Shown here piece by piece: positions 41,258-54,874 of a DNA stretch of 64,000 bases. Position 1 is the first letter of the stretch. Every line of letters begins with the position of its first letter. The position numbers were made by a program, and so were the translations under genes. This stretch comes from Octopus vulgaris. Its lineage: Eukaryota. The DNA is taken from NCBI GenBank assembly GCA_951406725.2, contig OX597829.1, positions 26,846,001 to 26,910,000 on the forward strand, in the 5' to 3' direction. Below the pieces are notes generated by a model. That model was not told where the DNA came from, made no database searches, and saw only the letters and a program-made list of their open reading frames with translations.

Positions 41258-44200
41258 TATTGCCCACAAGAGGCTAAACATAGAGGGGACAAACAAGGAC
41301 AAAGGGATCAAGTCGATTACATCGACTCCAGTGCGTAACTGGTACTTATTTAATCAACTCCAAAAGGATGAAAGGCAAGGTTGACATCAGCGGAATTTGA
41401 ATTCAGAATGTAACGGCAGACAAAATACCAATAAGCATTTTACCCAGAATGCTAACGATTCTGCCAGGAAAAATTCTACCCTGACTAGATTGGAACATAT
41501 ATATATATAATGACAATGATCTTGTGGCTGGTGACTTCAACAGACATGTCTGTCCAAGTGAAGCATTTGACAAAAATGGGGAAGAAATAGAAACTTGTAA
41601 CAGAAGACAACTGGAAGTTTGTAGAGGGCAACATACTGAGGGCCACAGACTAAATTTGTGGCAGGTGCAAGATTCCAACCAGACCAAGGGAGATGTGGTG
41701 TAAGAGCAGTGATAAAGCTATAAAAATATAAAAGACTAGCTAGGAATTTTCAGAGGAGAGTTAAGTTAATTTAGACTATTCCAGTATATTACTGGATCCC
41801 AATCGAAGGAGAGGGGCTTTCTCCGTCCGGGTTGCGGATCCGTGGAATAAGCTGCCGGACGAGATAGTGAAGATGCCGACGACCGCTCGGTTCAAAGTCT
41901 CCCTTGACCACAAGTGGCCTGAACTCTTTACATGAACACCACCCTGTACATAACTCCATGTCCCCCTACATGGCCTTGCTTTTTGCTTTTTGAGCCAAAA
42001 AATTAACTAACTAACTAACTAGATAAAAAGGAAAAATTCTACCCTGACTAGATTGGAATAAAAGACATAACCAATCTTGATTAAATAACACACAGAGCAT
42101 TCTATTCATGTACATACCCCCACCTACCTACTACCTATTTTGTATTTCCACATCCCATGGACATCTACTCTAACTACTGTACCTATTCCATACCCTCTCA
42201 TTTCCCCTACTCACCATATCATAACCCTCATAATTGGGAGGAAAGCACTTGACTTATACATGAATATATCCCTTCCCCACACCTCTACCACATATATCTT
42301 GCCACCACTCCTTCCTCTAGAACCATGATACCCATCCTGGTGACCTTTACCTGCCTTCCAGTTGCCATGTTCTCTTGGACAGTTAGCTTGAGGATATAGC
42401 CTGACTTCTCAGCACCACTTTATCTATCTCTTCTCCACACCACTTTTGCTCACCCTACACAACACAGGTTGGCACTGCATCTCTTCCTACTCAACCCCTC
42501 CGTTCTCACCATCTTCTGACACTACCTAACCCTTCCCCTGCCATTACCCACTTCTATCTTTCCATATCAGTTTATGCACTCAATCCCTCACAGTATCTCT
42601 ACTCTCTTGCAACAATAAACAGAACTCCAATAAAAACTATCTTGACTTCTGATGAACTATCCAGCTCGTGCTAGCATGGCAGATGAACTAACCCCATCCC
42701 AATCACTAGGGCCACTTATTCAATCCACCCTCATTATCACATTGCCACCTCTTCCTCTCCTCCATACAAACCTTTGATATCTTCCGTCCCTCAAGTCTCC
42801 TTTACTTCTATTCCAACACGGTTTTTTTCTGTTACAATAAATCATTCCCTTCAATCATGGGGTGCTCCCCTTTTGCAAGTTGCAAGGCAACCCCAACAGA
42901 GCTGTTAATCAAGGTGAACAACAACAATGCAAGGCTTGAGAGGGCTCTTTATGGTCTTGCTGATGGCAAGACAACTTCTATGGTGCTGGTGCCAGGAAAG
43001 AAAAGTACACACACACCTAGTACCCTTCATAAATTGATATCGGTGAAGACATCCAACAGTAGAAACCATGACAAAACTGGAATATTGGAGTGAGATGAGA
43101 CCCTCCAACCCACTGAATCATGTCAAACCATGCAACCCATGCCATTGTGTGTGTATTACTGTTTCCTTACAGTGACTTCTTATGATAGTTGTAAACAAAT
43201 GCTACAGTCATGGAAGTGGGATCTGTTTCCAATCTCCCTTAAAACATGTCTTGTTATGGGGAAATATTACCTTGCTTGGAAACAGAGGATGGCTGGTAAG
43301 AGGAAGTGTTTCCAACATAGAAAATTTGCCTCAACAAATTCCATCCGGCCCATGCTAACAAGACAAAATAGATGTTAAAAAAATGTTTTGAGCTCTATTT
43401 TCCTGTTAACATCCCCAAACCTATACATTTTCACAAATGTATGGAAATAAAGTCTGTGTACTAAATCTGCCAGTAATAGCAGCCAAATTCTCTTGGTTTT
43501 CAGAATATATCACCCCCATGCATCATTAGTCTCTCCCCCTCCTCCCATTACATCCACCCATCCACCCTATCCAATCTGTCAGCATAAAGTTCCCTCTTCC
43601 CACTTGGGGTTCATAGTCTCATGAACTGGATGGTGACACAAAAAAAAAAAAACACTCTGTAAAATGATTGATGATTAGAAAGGGCATCCAGCTGTAGAAA
43701 CCATGTCAAAGCAGACATTGGAGCACAGTGCAGTCAAACCATTCAACCCAAACCAACATGGAACATGGACATCAAATGATGATATTTATAGAAAACAAAA
43801 TGGGAGACCCTATATGCTAGACCTCCTAAAAACACCAGTTGAGCCTCATTCAAACCACACCCCCACCATCTTAAGACATCAGCACATCAATAGTATTCCA
43901 GAAATGTCTTGGAACACAGATCTGACCTGAGGTTAAACAACAAAAACAGAATGCTTTAACATGAGACATACTTACTTGACAACCTAACGTTACAGCACTT
44001 AAACAGCTGACAATTTCAAGAACTTCATCAGATTCTCCACTGGATGGCATAATTTCAACACATTCCCCTTGGCTGTGATACAGTTTTAGACTAGAAAAAT
44101 ATCAGAAATAATTTAACATTTATTAAACATCTATAACACACAACTGATACAAAGGGGTCTCATGGTGGCAAAGTGGCTGAGATCCTTTCAAGTGGAGGCA

Positions 44201-47200
44201 ATCACCAAGACATTTGGCATTATGTCATACTTGAGAAGACTCATCAAGCCAAGCAAAATCACAGTCAAGGCAGATACCAGTGTCATGCAAATCGTTCCCA
44301 TGCCAGTAGCATGTAAAAGCAACCATTGCAATCTTGGAATGGTTGGCATTAGGAAGGGCATCAAGCCGAAGAAAACCATGTCAAATCAGACTGGATCCTG
44401 GCACAGCCTTCCAGCCCAGTCAAACCATCCAACCTATGCAAGCATGGACAACAGCCATTAAATGATGATAATGATGATGATGATAACAGACAATGGCTAA
44501 GAGAAAATTGAAAGGAGGGAGAGGGCACCCAACAAACATAAAACTACCAAATATGTGTGTAATAGATCGAATAATGGTCATGATATATGAATCAGGGAAT
44601 GTTTTGTGGGTCAAGACATGTGGAGAAAGACTTGTTTTGCAAATCTACCTAACCCATGTTAGTGTAGGAAACTGACCGTAACAATGATGGGCAATAACAA
44701 ATAAGTGCAGCAATAATGATGATGTTCCAAGGATTAGGTTCAGTTGTGTGTAATAGCTCAAAAATACAGGTGTCCTTGACAAGAAAAAACTGCATCTGGT
44801 GGTGAGGCTCCTGCTTACAAATTCACGAGTTTAGTCCAGTGTGGTAGTACTTGTAAAGAGCCCCACAAATAGGTCAAACAAGAAACCGGTTCTTTGGCTA
44901 AGGCACACAAGACTTACAATAGAGGTAGCTCCTAACATGTGTCATACATGTCCACAACTGTGAAGACATTCCTTCACATGAACCAGTTATTTTACCCAAG
45001 GGTTAAACAAGCCCTGTACTCCAAGAGAACAAAAGACTAGCAGAGTAAACTGTAAGTAAACCAGCAGGAAATAGAAACCAACTGTTGTACCTTTCCCAAG
45101 AGAAAGGTCACGAATCTCAACTTAGGTCCATGACTGCCAACACTTGTAGGCGGGGCAGATAAAGAGAATACATGACAACGGAGACTTGCAAGCATGGGCA
45201 ACTACCAACATTCTAAAAAAATCATGCTAAAGCTGGTCAACATTAATCAATGAAGGCCATATCTATGTCTCACTCTCTCTCTCTCTGTATAAACACCATG
45301 TATTAGCATATTAATATTTATGGCTCGATATCAAATTCCTTAAAACCAATTGAATTGAATTGATCAGTTTTTGAGAATCTATGAAATGTTTATAAGTTTT
45401 TAGATTACTCTAAAACAGGAACTTTGTATCAGAACCAGGAACAGTCTCAAGCAAGTTTTTATCAAAGGGTTAAATATATTGGCAATCTTACCTAGTAGTA
45501 AATGCTGTCCAGCCAAGAACTTTTGTACAAGGAACACTAAATATCACATCTTTGGTACTTTCTTCAATAAGAACAATATTTTCTGCAGCAATTCCAAAAA
45601 TACAATCAATTCTATTGGCAAGACCAAAATCTTCAACCTATGAAATGAAAATTATCATATATACACAAAATGCTTAAAACCAATCATTCATTGCAAAACA
45701 TTGTTTAGAATTCAAAAATAGTAACAACAAAATCTGGTAATATTTTCTGAGAAACTTTTATATTAGACAGTGCCTACAATATTATTCTTTTACTTGTCTA
45801 AGTCACTGGACTACAGCAATGTTGTAGCACCATCTTGAAGGTACTTAGTCTGTCAAATTGACTTCAGTACTTATTTTAAGTTTGGTATATTATTCTATCA
45901 TTCTCTTTTTGCTGAACCGTTAAGTCACAAGGATAAACAAATTAACACTAGTTGTCCAGCAGCGAGAAACAAACACAAAGACACACAGATGGCAGACTTC
46001 TGGGCACATTTTCCCAATTCATTCACAAGGTATTGATCAGCCCAAGCTATAGTAGATACTACACAGTGAAACTGAATCCAAAACCACAAGGTTGCAAAGC
46101 TAACTTCTTAGCTAAATAACCATTCTTAAAGCAAAAAGCATTCAGACAAAAGTCATCCAAATTATGCAATGTTCTTCATAGCACAACTGCAGAAGTTTGA
46201 GATTAATAATGGTATTCTAAAATAAAATTGAGGAGTGAAGTCAATGTACCTTCCTGAAAATTACAGGCCATATGCTAAAGTTAGAATGGAAGACAATATT
46301 TATGGTGTTATACGATACCTGTAATGAGGTTTGAACTTACAATGACCTTGTTATCAATAGAATAAGTTCAAACCTCATTACAGGTATCATAATTTCTGAA
46401 GAAGAAATGTGGTAGTTAAAATAAATATCCAATGCTTCTTTACTTTTCCTTACAGAAGTAATCTATTTTAACAACAGTATTTCCTTCCGAACTACTTGTT
46501 GCTCACACAGACCTACATTGGTTTTCTGATTATGGACCTTTCGTTTTCTATAATAAAAACAGTTGAAATTGAAATGTGCCTATTCGAGTTTTTAATCACA
46601 GGAAGTGACAAACATTAATTCTAAATTGTTTATAGGTAAGCATAAACAGCTTTTGGCAGGCCATCTAAATCCAGATCAGGCAGTGAAGCTGTTGAAATAT
46701 ATATAAACTGAGTATGCAATAGCCGAGTGTGTGTGTGTACATACAGTAAAGGTGTGTGGCTGAGTGGTTAGGGTGTTGCACTAATGACTACAAGACCATA
46801 GTTTTGATTCCTAAACTGGGCAATGCACTGTGTTCTTGAGCATGATGCTTCATTTCATGCTACCCCAACCCATTCAGCTGCAAATGAGTAAACCTGCAAA
46901 AGATTGGCATCCTCAGCCCTATGGACCCTAAAACTCAAGACAATAATGTCCTGAGATGTGTACACATACAGACACTCTTCCTTCCTCTTCCATTGTCTCA
47001 TCACCTTGCCTTAATCATCACATACATACACATTTACTGACCTTAACAGGGAAGACAGTTGCTCCTTTAGCAAACAAATCAGGAACCACTTTCTGCTTGC
47101 TACGTTCCTTTTTTCGACCACTTCCAAGAGCAAATTTACCTAAAGTTTTAGACAAAAATAAACTTTTACAACATTTGTAAATCTATTATCTATTAAAAAA

Positions 47201-49807
47201 AAATTTTTTTAATAAAAAAATATATATACATTTCCCTTTGGGAAAATTTATGATCAGTTAAAAATCATTAATCATGAAGATTAATAAGATAAGCAGAAGA
47301 GTAAAACCTATTTTCCCTAATCCTCTAAATTTATCTGCTGCCTCTACCACTCTTTAATCCTTTTCATACCAACCCAAATGTGACCACTCCTAGTTCTTTG
47401 ATACAAACTTCATGTTTTAAAGTGATCAAAATTTCATGATAATTTATGTTCCAAACCATCAGCTTATGACAAAGTTTCTTTATCAAAATTTTCATACCAA
47501 GTTGGTTTACTTCTAAATTCTCTACAACAATTCGTATAACCACCTATATGTATCCTTCATTAACAAACAGGTACCCAAACACTCTCAATCACTTTTTTTT
47601 TCCACACCACTAAACCAAGCCTCTTGTTGCTTCTAGATCTATCGCATTGTTTGGCCACTGCCTGGTCATTACCACCCACCATACATCTGCATAACTAATT
47701 TTCTGCACCCTATGGCACATGGACTAAGCCAATTGCTTGTAACATTGCTGTTTTCATGCTAATGATCCTTGGTAGCACATGTACTTTACTCCAACCCATC
47801 CAAAACAGATAAACAAGTGATCAGTTCCACCCTCCTAGGCATATCTATTAACAACCTTCACGCTCAAAAAACTTTAAATCCATCAAGTTCGAGGTTCTCT
47901 AACCAATAAATACCATCCCTCGCTAACTACCTACCACAAAAAAAAAAAAGGGAAATTTTTTGCTCTTCTTTTATTAATAAGACAATATAATTTGCCTCCA
48001 TCTAATTATTTCATTGCTATGGTATTGGAAAAGATTGAAAGTTTAAAACTCTTACTTTTATCAAACAAAGTGTCCATCCCCTTTCCAATCTTCACAAACC
48101 CCACTCCTACAAGAACTACTGCTTTATGAGGTTTACATGTAGTTGCACTACATTACTATGCGCAAAGAAAAGAGCATACAGTACTTTAAAACAAACAATC
48201 ATTACCCTATCACTATCATGTAATTGTGCTTTTACATTACTGCAACTCTTGTAAGTTCATCACTTGTAAAATCACTTCAAAATTGAAGGCAGTAACCAAC
48301 TCTCTTCACAGCCTCCAAAACTGATGAGAGATAGAGAAAAAGATATTCTCAAATCAGAAACCTTTTTCAAATTCTTGCAAGTGAGTGAACCAAGCTAAAA
48401 GCAGCTAAGATGCAAGGTGATAGTAGTGAAGTGGTGGGTGAATTATCAACTATTAAAATAAGTCCTGGTAGGATTTGAACTCAAAATGCAAAGAGTTGGG
48501 ACAAATACTGTAAATACTCTTAGGCTGTCTACTGTATATGCAGAATAATTAAAACAACACAACTCATTATACTCATTAACTAATATTGTTTCCATTCACC
48601 CCACTTTGTTACTTATTTCTAGTTAGATTTTAAAGGTTCCCGGCATTGAAGAAGTTAATACTATCTCCTTGTTCCAGTTAGCTTGAACAAGTTCTGCTTG
48701 CTACTTTATAATTATTGGTAAGACTAATGTACATCTGGCTATATAAAGTATTACTTCAAAACATAAACCACTCAACCATGTCAATATGGAAAAATTAAGG
48801 TAAAAGACAAAGAAAAAATAATCAAAATGTACATAACTTAAATGTTCTTTAAGAAAAATGAAAGAAAGAGTTAGCTAGCAACTTACTAAGTTTAGAACTT
48901 GAATCTAAAGCTGTTGTGGTCACATAATTCAGAGCTAAATCTCTGAGATATTCCTGATGTGTTCGACCTGCCATTGCTTTAAACTTCTCAGACTTATGAG
49001 CAGCATTTTCACCATTAATCACTTAAAAATTGAAAATTTATAAATTTATAATTAAAAATGGGAAAGAAAAATAAAAGACATTGAAATTATCATCATTATC
49101 ATTAACATTTGAAAATAAAACTTATTCCTTTATTTTCAAATTACTGATCGTTATAGTTCATTATCATAATTATATGACTGAGTAGTTCAGTGGAATATGA
49201 AAAAATTAACTCTGAAAAGGCTGCAACTCAAAAATGTAGAGAGAGGAGTCAAACAACTTACTTACTTTAAGATTCATAAATATCATCATCATTTTAACAT
49301 TCACTTTTTTATGCAAACTTATAACTTCTGTAATCCTATTACAAAAGTATGATTAACAGATATGTAAAATTTTAGTAGGTAACAGTCATGGTTTGACTTA
49401 AGGATGACTCATTGATCACAATGTGTTTATTATTTTTTTTTCCCTAGGATGGGACAACCAATGAAGAGAAAAAAGAGATGCTGTGTATACTGCCTTATGT
49501 GCTAAAAATTACTTCTTCAGAGCTCTTGACCTAATATGAAGATAAATTTGAATTATTCACTAACATTTGGCAAACAAAAAGTCTGTAAATTCTGGTCCTT
49601 TTGCAAATGGTTTTTCGGGAATTGATGGGCCAAATGGTGGGACATCTTTACATCGACTGACAGCAACACTAAATGTAAAAACAAAATAATTTAAAATTTG
49701 AATTTCATGAAAATAATCCAAACACATACACAATATTCTGGTAAGAAATAAGTCATAAAACAGTTAAAGTTTTAGGAAAATACTGAGTACAAAACAGTAG
49801 AAATATG

Positions 49808-49870
<63 letters not shown>

Positions 49871-50461
49871 TAAATTAGAGATAAAATCACTATTAGGCAA
49901 ATCAAACAGTGAAAATCATAAGCCGATACATAGAAATAAAATTAATTAAAAAAATATAAAAGTTAAAATTTTAAAATTATTTAAATAATTTAAACTTATA
50001 AATTTTAAATATATATATATATGTATGTATATTTTTATTTATTTTTTAAATTATATAAATATCAAAAGTTTCTTACCTTAAAAATTAATACTTAAAAATT
50101 AAAATTAATATTTAACATTATAATTGATGTTTTGATATAATCATAATCATTAAGTTACTAATTTGATAATAGAGTTTTTTATAAGTAAAATTATTATATT
50201 ATTTATTTCTTGAAAATATTGCTTAAATATTTCTGATTATTTATTAAAATATTACAATTAACCTGAAGATTGACTGTAACCATAATTCGAATTATTAATT
50301 GAATTTAAATTATTGTTATTCGAATTGGTTACAGCCATGAAACGATCGTAGTTTTTTTATTCTTTATCTTATATTAAACTTTTAATACTTTTTGATATTT
50401 ATATATTTATATAATTTTTTTTTAAATAAATAAATAAATAAAAATAAAATAATATAAAAAT

Positions 50462-50507
<46 letters not shown>

Positions 50508-50722
50508 TTAAAATTTATAAGTTTAAATTATTTAAATAATTTTTAAATTTTAACTTTTATATTTTTTAAATTAATTTTATTTCTATGTATTGGCTTATGA
50601 TTTTCACTGATTTGCCTAATAGTGGTTTTATCTCTAATTTAATATAATATATATTTATACTATAAAATTGGATTTAATCCTAAATCTAAATTTTCCCTGT
50701 AAGTTTGGATTTACTTCCTAAT

Positions 50723-50773
<51 letters not shown>

Positions 50774-53056
50774 CTTAATGACTGGTTAGAATATTCTAAG
50801 GAAATATATATACTTCTATATCCACAATCTATACATTACAAGACAAACCTGCATTGATTCTATGAACAGAGACCTTGAGATTGTCTAATGAGGCCATGTT
50901 ATCCTTGCCTGTTAACAGGCAAAAAAAAAAAACCCACATAAGCATACTCATATCAAGAAACATCACTGCACCACCCTCAGAACCCTCATGGTTACTCCAA
51001 ATGCTGAATTTCACTATCACTGAAAATCTCTTTAGAAAAGAACACATCCTTAGCATAGCTAGGGCTACATTCCAAATAGTGGCCCTTCCCTTTAGGACCA
51101 GAAAATATTTCAGCCCCTGACAATTGCTCTGACACTCTACAATACTCAAGAGATTCCTACAATGAAGTATTACACCTATATCTGGAACATTGCTGTTGTT
51201 ACTAGATACACAGACATCTTAAATTCCATCTACAGAAAGACCACTGACAGACACCCTTCAGATTCTACTCCACAGATGTACTGTTTTTTTCTCTCTCTCA
51301 CTCTTTTCTATCACTACTCTAATAGTCTCTGTCGTTCTTTCTTTTACCTACTCCCAGCCTAGATGTCTCATTTCAACCCCTACAGCTGGGACAGCACTGC
51401 TTCTAGGAGACACACAGACATCTCAAACTCCACCCAGAAAAAGACCACAGGACTGATTGATATTGGATCACTAACAGACAATCTCCAGTCTCTGGTCTAC
51501 AGACATGCTACCTCTTTTATCTCTTTCATTCACTACTGTAATAACTTCTACTCCTTGGAGGTTCTGGTCTCATATCTCCTCCTTAGGAACTCCCAACCCA
51601 TTCATTTCGCCGGTGGCATGTAAAAAGCACCAACCGATCGTGGTTGTTGCCAGCCTCCCCTGGCACTTGTGACAGTGGCACGTAAAAAGCACCCACTACA
51701 CTCACGGAGTGGATGGCGTTAGGAAGGGCATCCAACTGTAGAAACACTGCAACATCACACTGGAGCCTGGTGCAGCCTCCTGGCTTCCCAGACCCCGGTC
51801 GAACCATCCAACCCATGCTAGCATGGAAAACGGATGTTAAACAATAATGATGATGATGATTTCAAACACTCTTGTTACAACCACTCATTGCATGCACATC
51901 CTTCAACTCCAGAACATCTACACTCTGAAATAATCTCTTCCCTATCCACTGATCATGTATATCTTTTCTACAGGATTTTCAACAAAAAATTAACGGCAAC
52001 AAGTTCAATGGTCACAGAGGACAAGCTGCAAAGTTCATAGGCACTGCTTCTTCCTCCAGACTTAGCAATAATAATAATACATAAACAAAACCCTGGTGTA
52101 TTTGCTGTAAATATTTGTCTAAAATTGGGTGTTTTACATCTATGTAGCTTGGCGTGTCTGACATATATTACTATATAATTGCATGTGTTTGATATATACT
52201 TCCATTAAGCAGATTGATATCAATTATTATATATCTGTGACTTAAGTAATATTTAAATGCTATATACCTGTATGAAACTTGAGGAGTATTTGGGTTATGA
52301 GCTTGTACAATGATAAAAACATGCTGGAAATGAGATCGGACAGACTTTGGTGTAAATGGCAAAGCTCCTGGTTCTTGGAATACAATACTGACAATATCGT
52401 TTCCTATGTGGCGCTTGCGGAGAAGCTGAGAAAAATTAAAGAATATGAACATAGTTACAGTAACTTTCCTTTCAAAAAAAAAAAAATTAAAATAAAATTA
52501 TATTCAAAGCAGAAAAACATTTGCAAATTTAAGTTAAACTCAGTTTTCTTTTTTATTTACTGCTTTTATACATAAAAAAAAAATTGGCAAAAGAAAATAT
52601 TGAAATTCAATACCATTTTCTCTTTTTAAATTTGTCACTGAAAATAAATTAGAAATTCAAGTGTGTGTGTGTGTGTGTGTGTATACTCTTTTAGTTGTTT
52701 CAGTCATTTGACTGTGTCCATGCTGGCGCACCGCCTTTAGTCGAGCAAATCGACCCCAAGACTTATTCTTTGAAAGCCTAGTACTTATTCTATCAGTCTC
52801 TTTTGCCAAACTGATAAGTTACGGGGACATAAACACACCAGCATCGGTTGTCAAGCAATGTTGGGGGGACAAACACAGACAAATATACACACATACGATG
52901 GGCTTCTTTGAGTTTCCGTCTACCAAATTCACTCACAAGGCTTTGGTCAGCCTGAGGCTATAGTAGAAGACACTTGCCCAAGGTGCCACGCAGTAGGACT
53001 GAACCTGGGACTACGTGGTTCATAAGCAAGCTACTTACCACTCAGCCACTCCTACG

Positions 53057-53102
<46 letters not shown>

Positions 53103-54838
53103 ATTTTATACAGGAACCATTTGCCTGTTTAGTGTGATAAACAAAATATATTTCCCTGGTGTCCATGCATCATATATGATACACATTCCTAATTTTTTGG
53201 AACCACATGAGAAACTTAGCATTTACAAAAGGAAAGTTTTGTATTACTCAGAACACATGAAACAAGGACTAACTAAAAGTTGCAAAACAAGTGTGGCTGT
53301 TTAGGACAAACATACAGAAATATTTTGACAGTAGAGGGTCAAAAATTGCTGAGAAGTATAGTTTGTGGTAAAAAAAAAATATATATAACATTTTTTAAAA
53401 ATTACTTAAATATGTTAGTGATAAGGGGATAGTTAATATTTCTTGTTAGTAAATTGTAGTTAATGGCCAAAAACAAAAACAACCAAAAAACCATTGACAC
53501 AAACTGGTTTTGTTAAAAAAAAAAATCTATTGAAATCATGGTGATTCACTTTACCTGTTGTCTATTACTTGGTGTGAATGGAAGCAATGTGGAGACATGA
53601 AACATAATTTCATAGTCATTGAAAGTTGCATAAATAGAATGAGTTCCTGTTGAATCCACTGGAAAGGAAAGCAGAAATGTTCTGATTTAAGTCTCATGCT
53701 CTGAAGAATTTCTTGCTTGAAAGTAAATTGTTTTTAAAATACAGTAGAAGTTATTGGTGTGTATTTGCATATATATATGCACACATGCATGCATATGCGT
53801 GTGCACACACACACACACACACACACACACGTACAATAGTCATTGTCATCATAATCATCATTTTCATGTACACTTTTTCATACTCACATAGGTCAAAAGG
53901 AATTTGTTGAGATGGGATTTTCTACAGGCTGATGCCCTTCCTTTCACCAACCTTAAACTGTTTCCAAACAAGATAATAATACGTCCCTGTGACCAGACAT
54001 GTTCACAGAAGATTGGAAACAAAGGACACTGCTTGCAAAACAATGACACTTGTTTACAACCATCATGCAATGTCAGGGCAAGAAGATACTAATGCACGCA
54101 CGCATGCACACACAGAGCTATGTGATGAGCTCCTTTTAGCCAAATTCACTGACAAAGCCTTGGTTAACCCGGGCCTATAGTAGAATATAGCTGTCAAGGT
54201 GCCATGCAATGTGACTAAACTGGAAACCATGTATTTGGGAAGCAAACTTTTTACCACATAGTCACAAAAAATACTTTTTAATTGCTTCAAAAATTTATGA
54301 AAGTTAATTTTTATTGTCCTTCAGAAATATTATTTCCTCCTGATAATCTGTTTCTGGATGAAAAGAGTGTCTTTGCTAAAGTGTAATAAATATATTTGTA
54401 AATATAGATAATATCATCATTTTTCATTCTCTTTTGCATGCTTTCATGGGTCAGATCAAATTTGCTGATACAAATTTACTATGGCTGGATGCCCTTCATG
54501 CTGTCAACCTTCAACAATTTCCAAGCAAGGTAATATCTCCCAATTTTTTTCAAGGAAGACTAAACATGTACAAAAGATTGTGTGACATCATGACGAAGGT
54601 ACATACACATGCATGCATGCATGTGTGTGTGTGTGCATCAGTACATATCAGACTTCTTCCAGTTTCCAACCACCAATCCCACTCAATGCTTTGGCCAACC
54701 AAAGTGTTAGTAGAAGACACTTGCTCAAGATATCACACAGTAATATCTTGGTTAGGAAGCATGCCTGTGTCTATTGATTCATACCCAGTCACACCTGATG
54801 TATAGTTGTGTGTGAGCATGTGACTATAATATATATAA

Positions 54839-54874
<36 letters not shown>

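Noticed and set aside
42648-42695. Isolated CTGANGA heptamers (also ~3375, 7207, 46396, 48321)
   Set aside because: No helix II, GAAA, helix III and UH arrangement follows; expected by chance.
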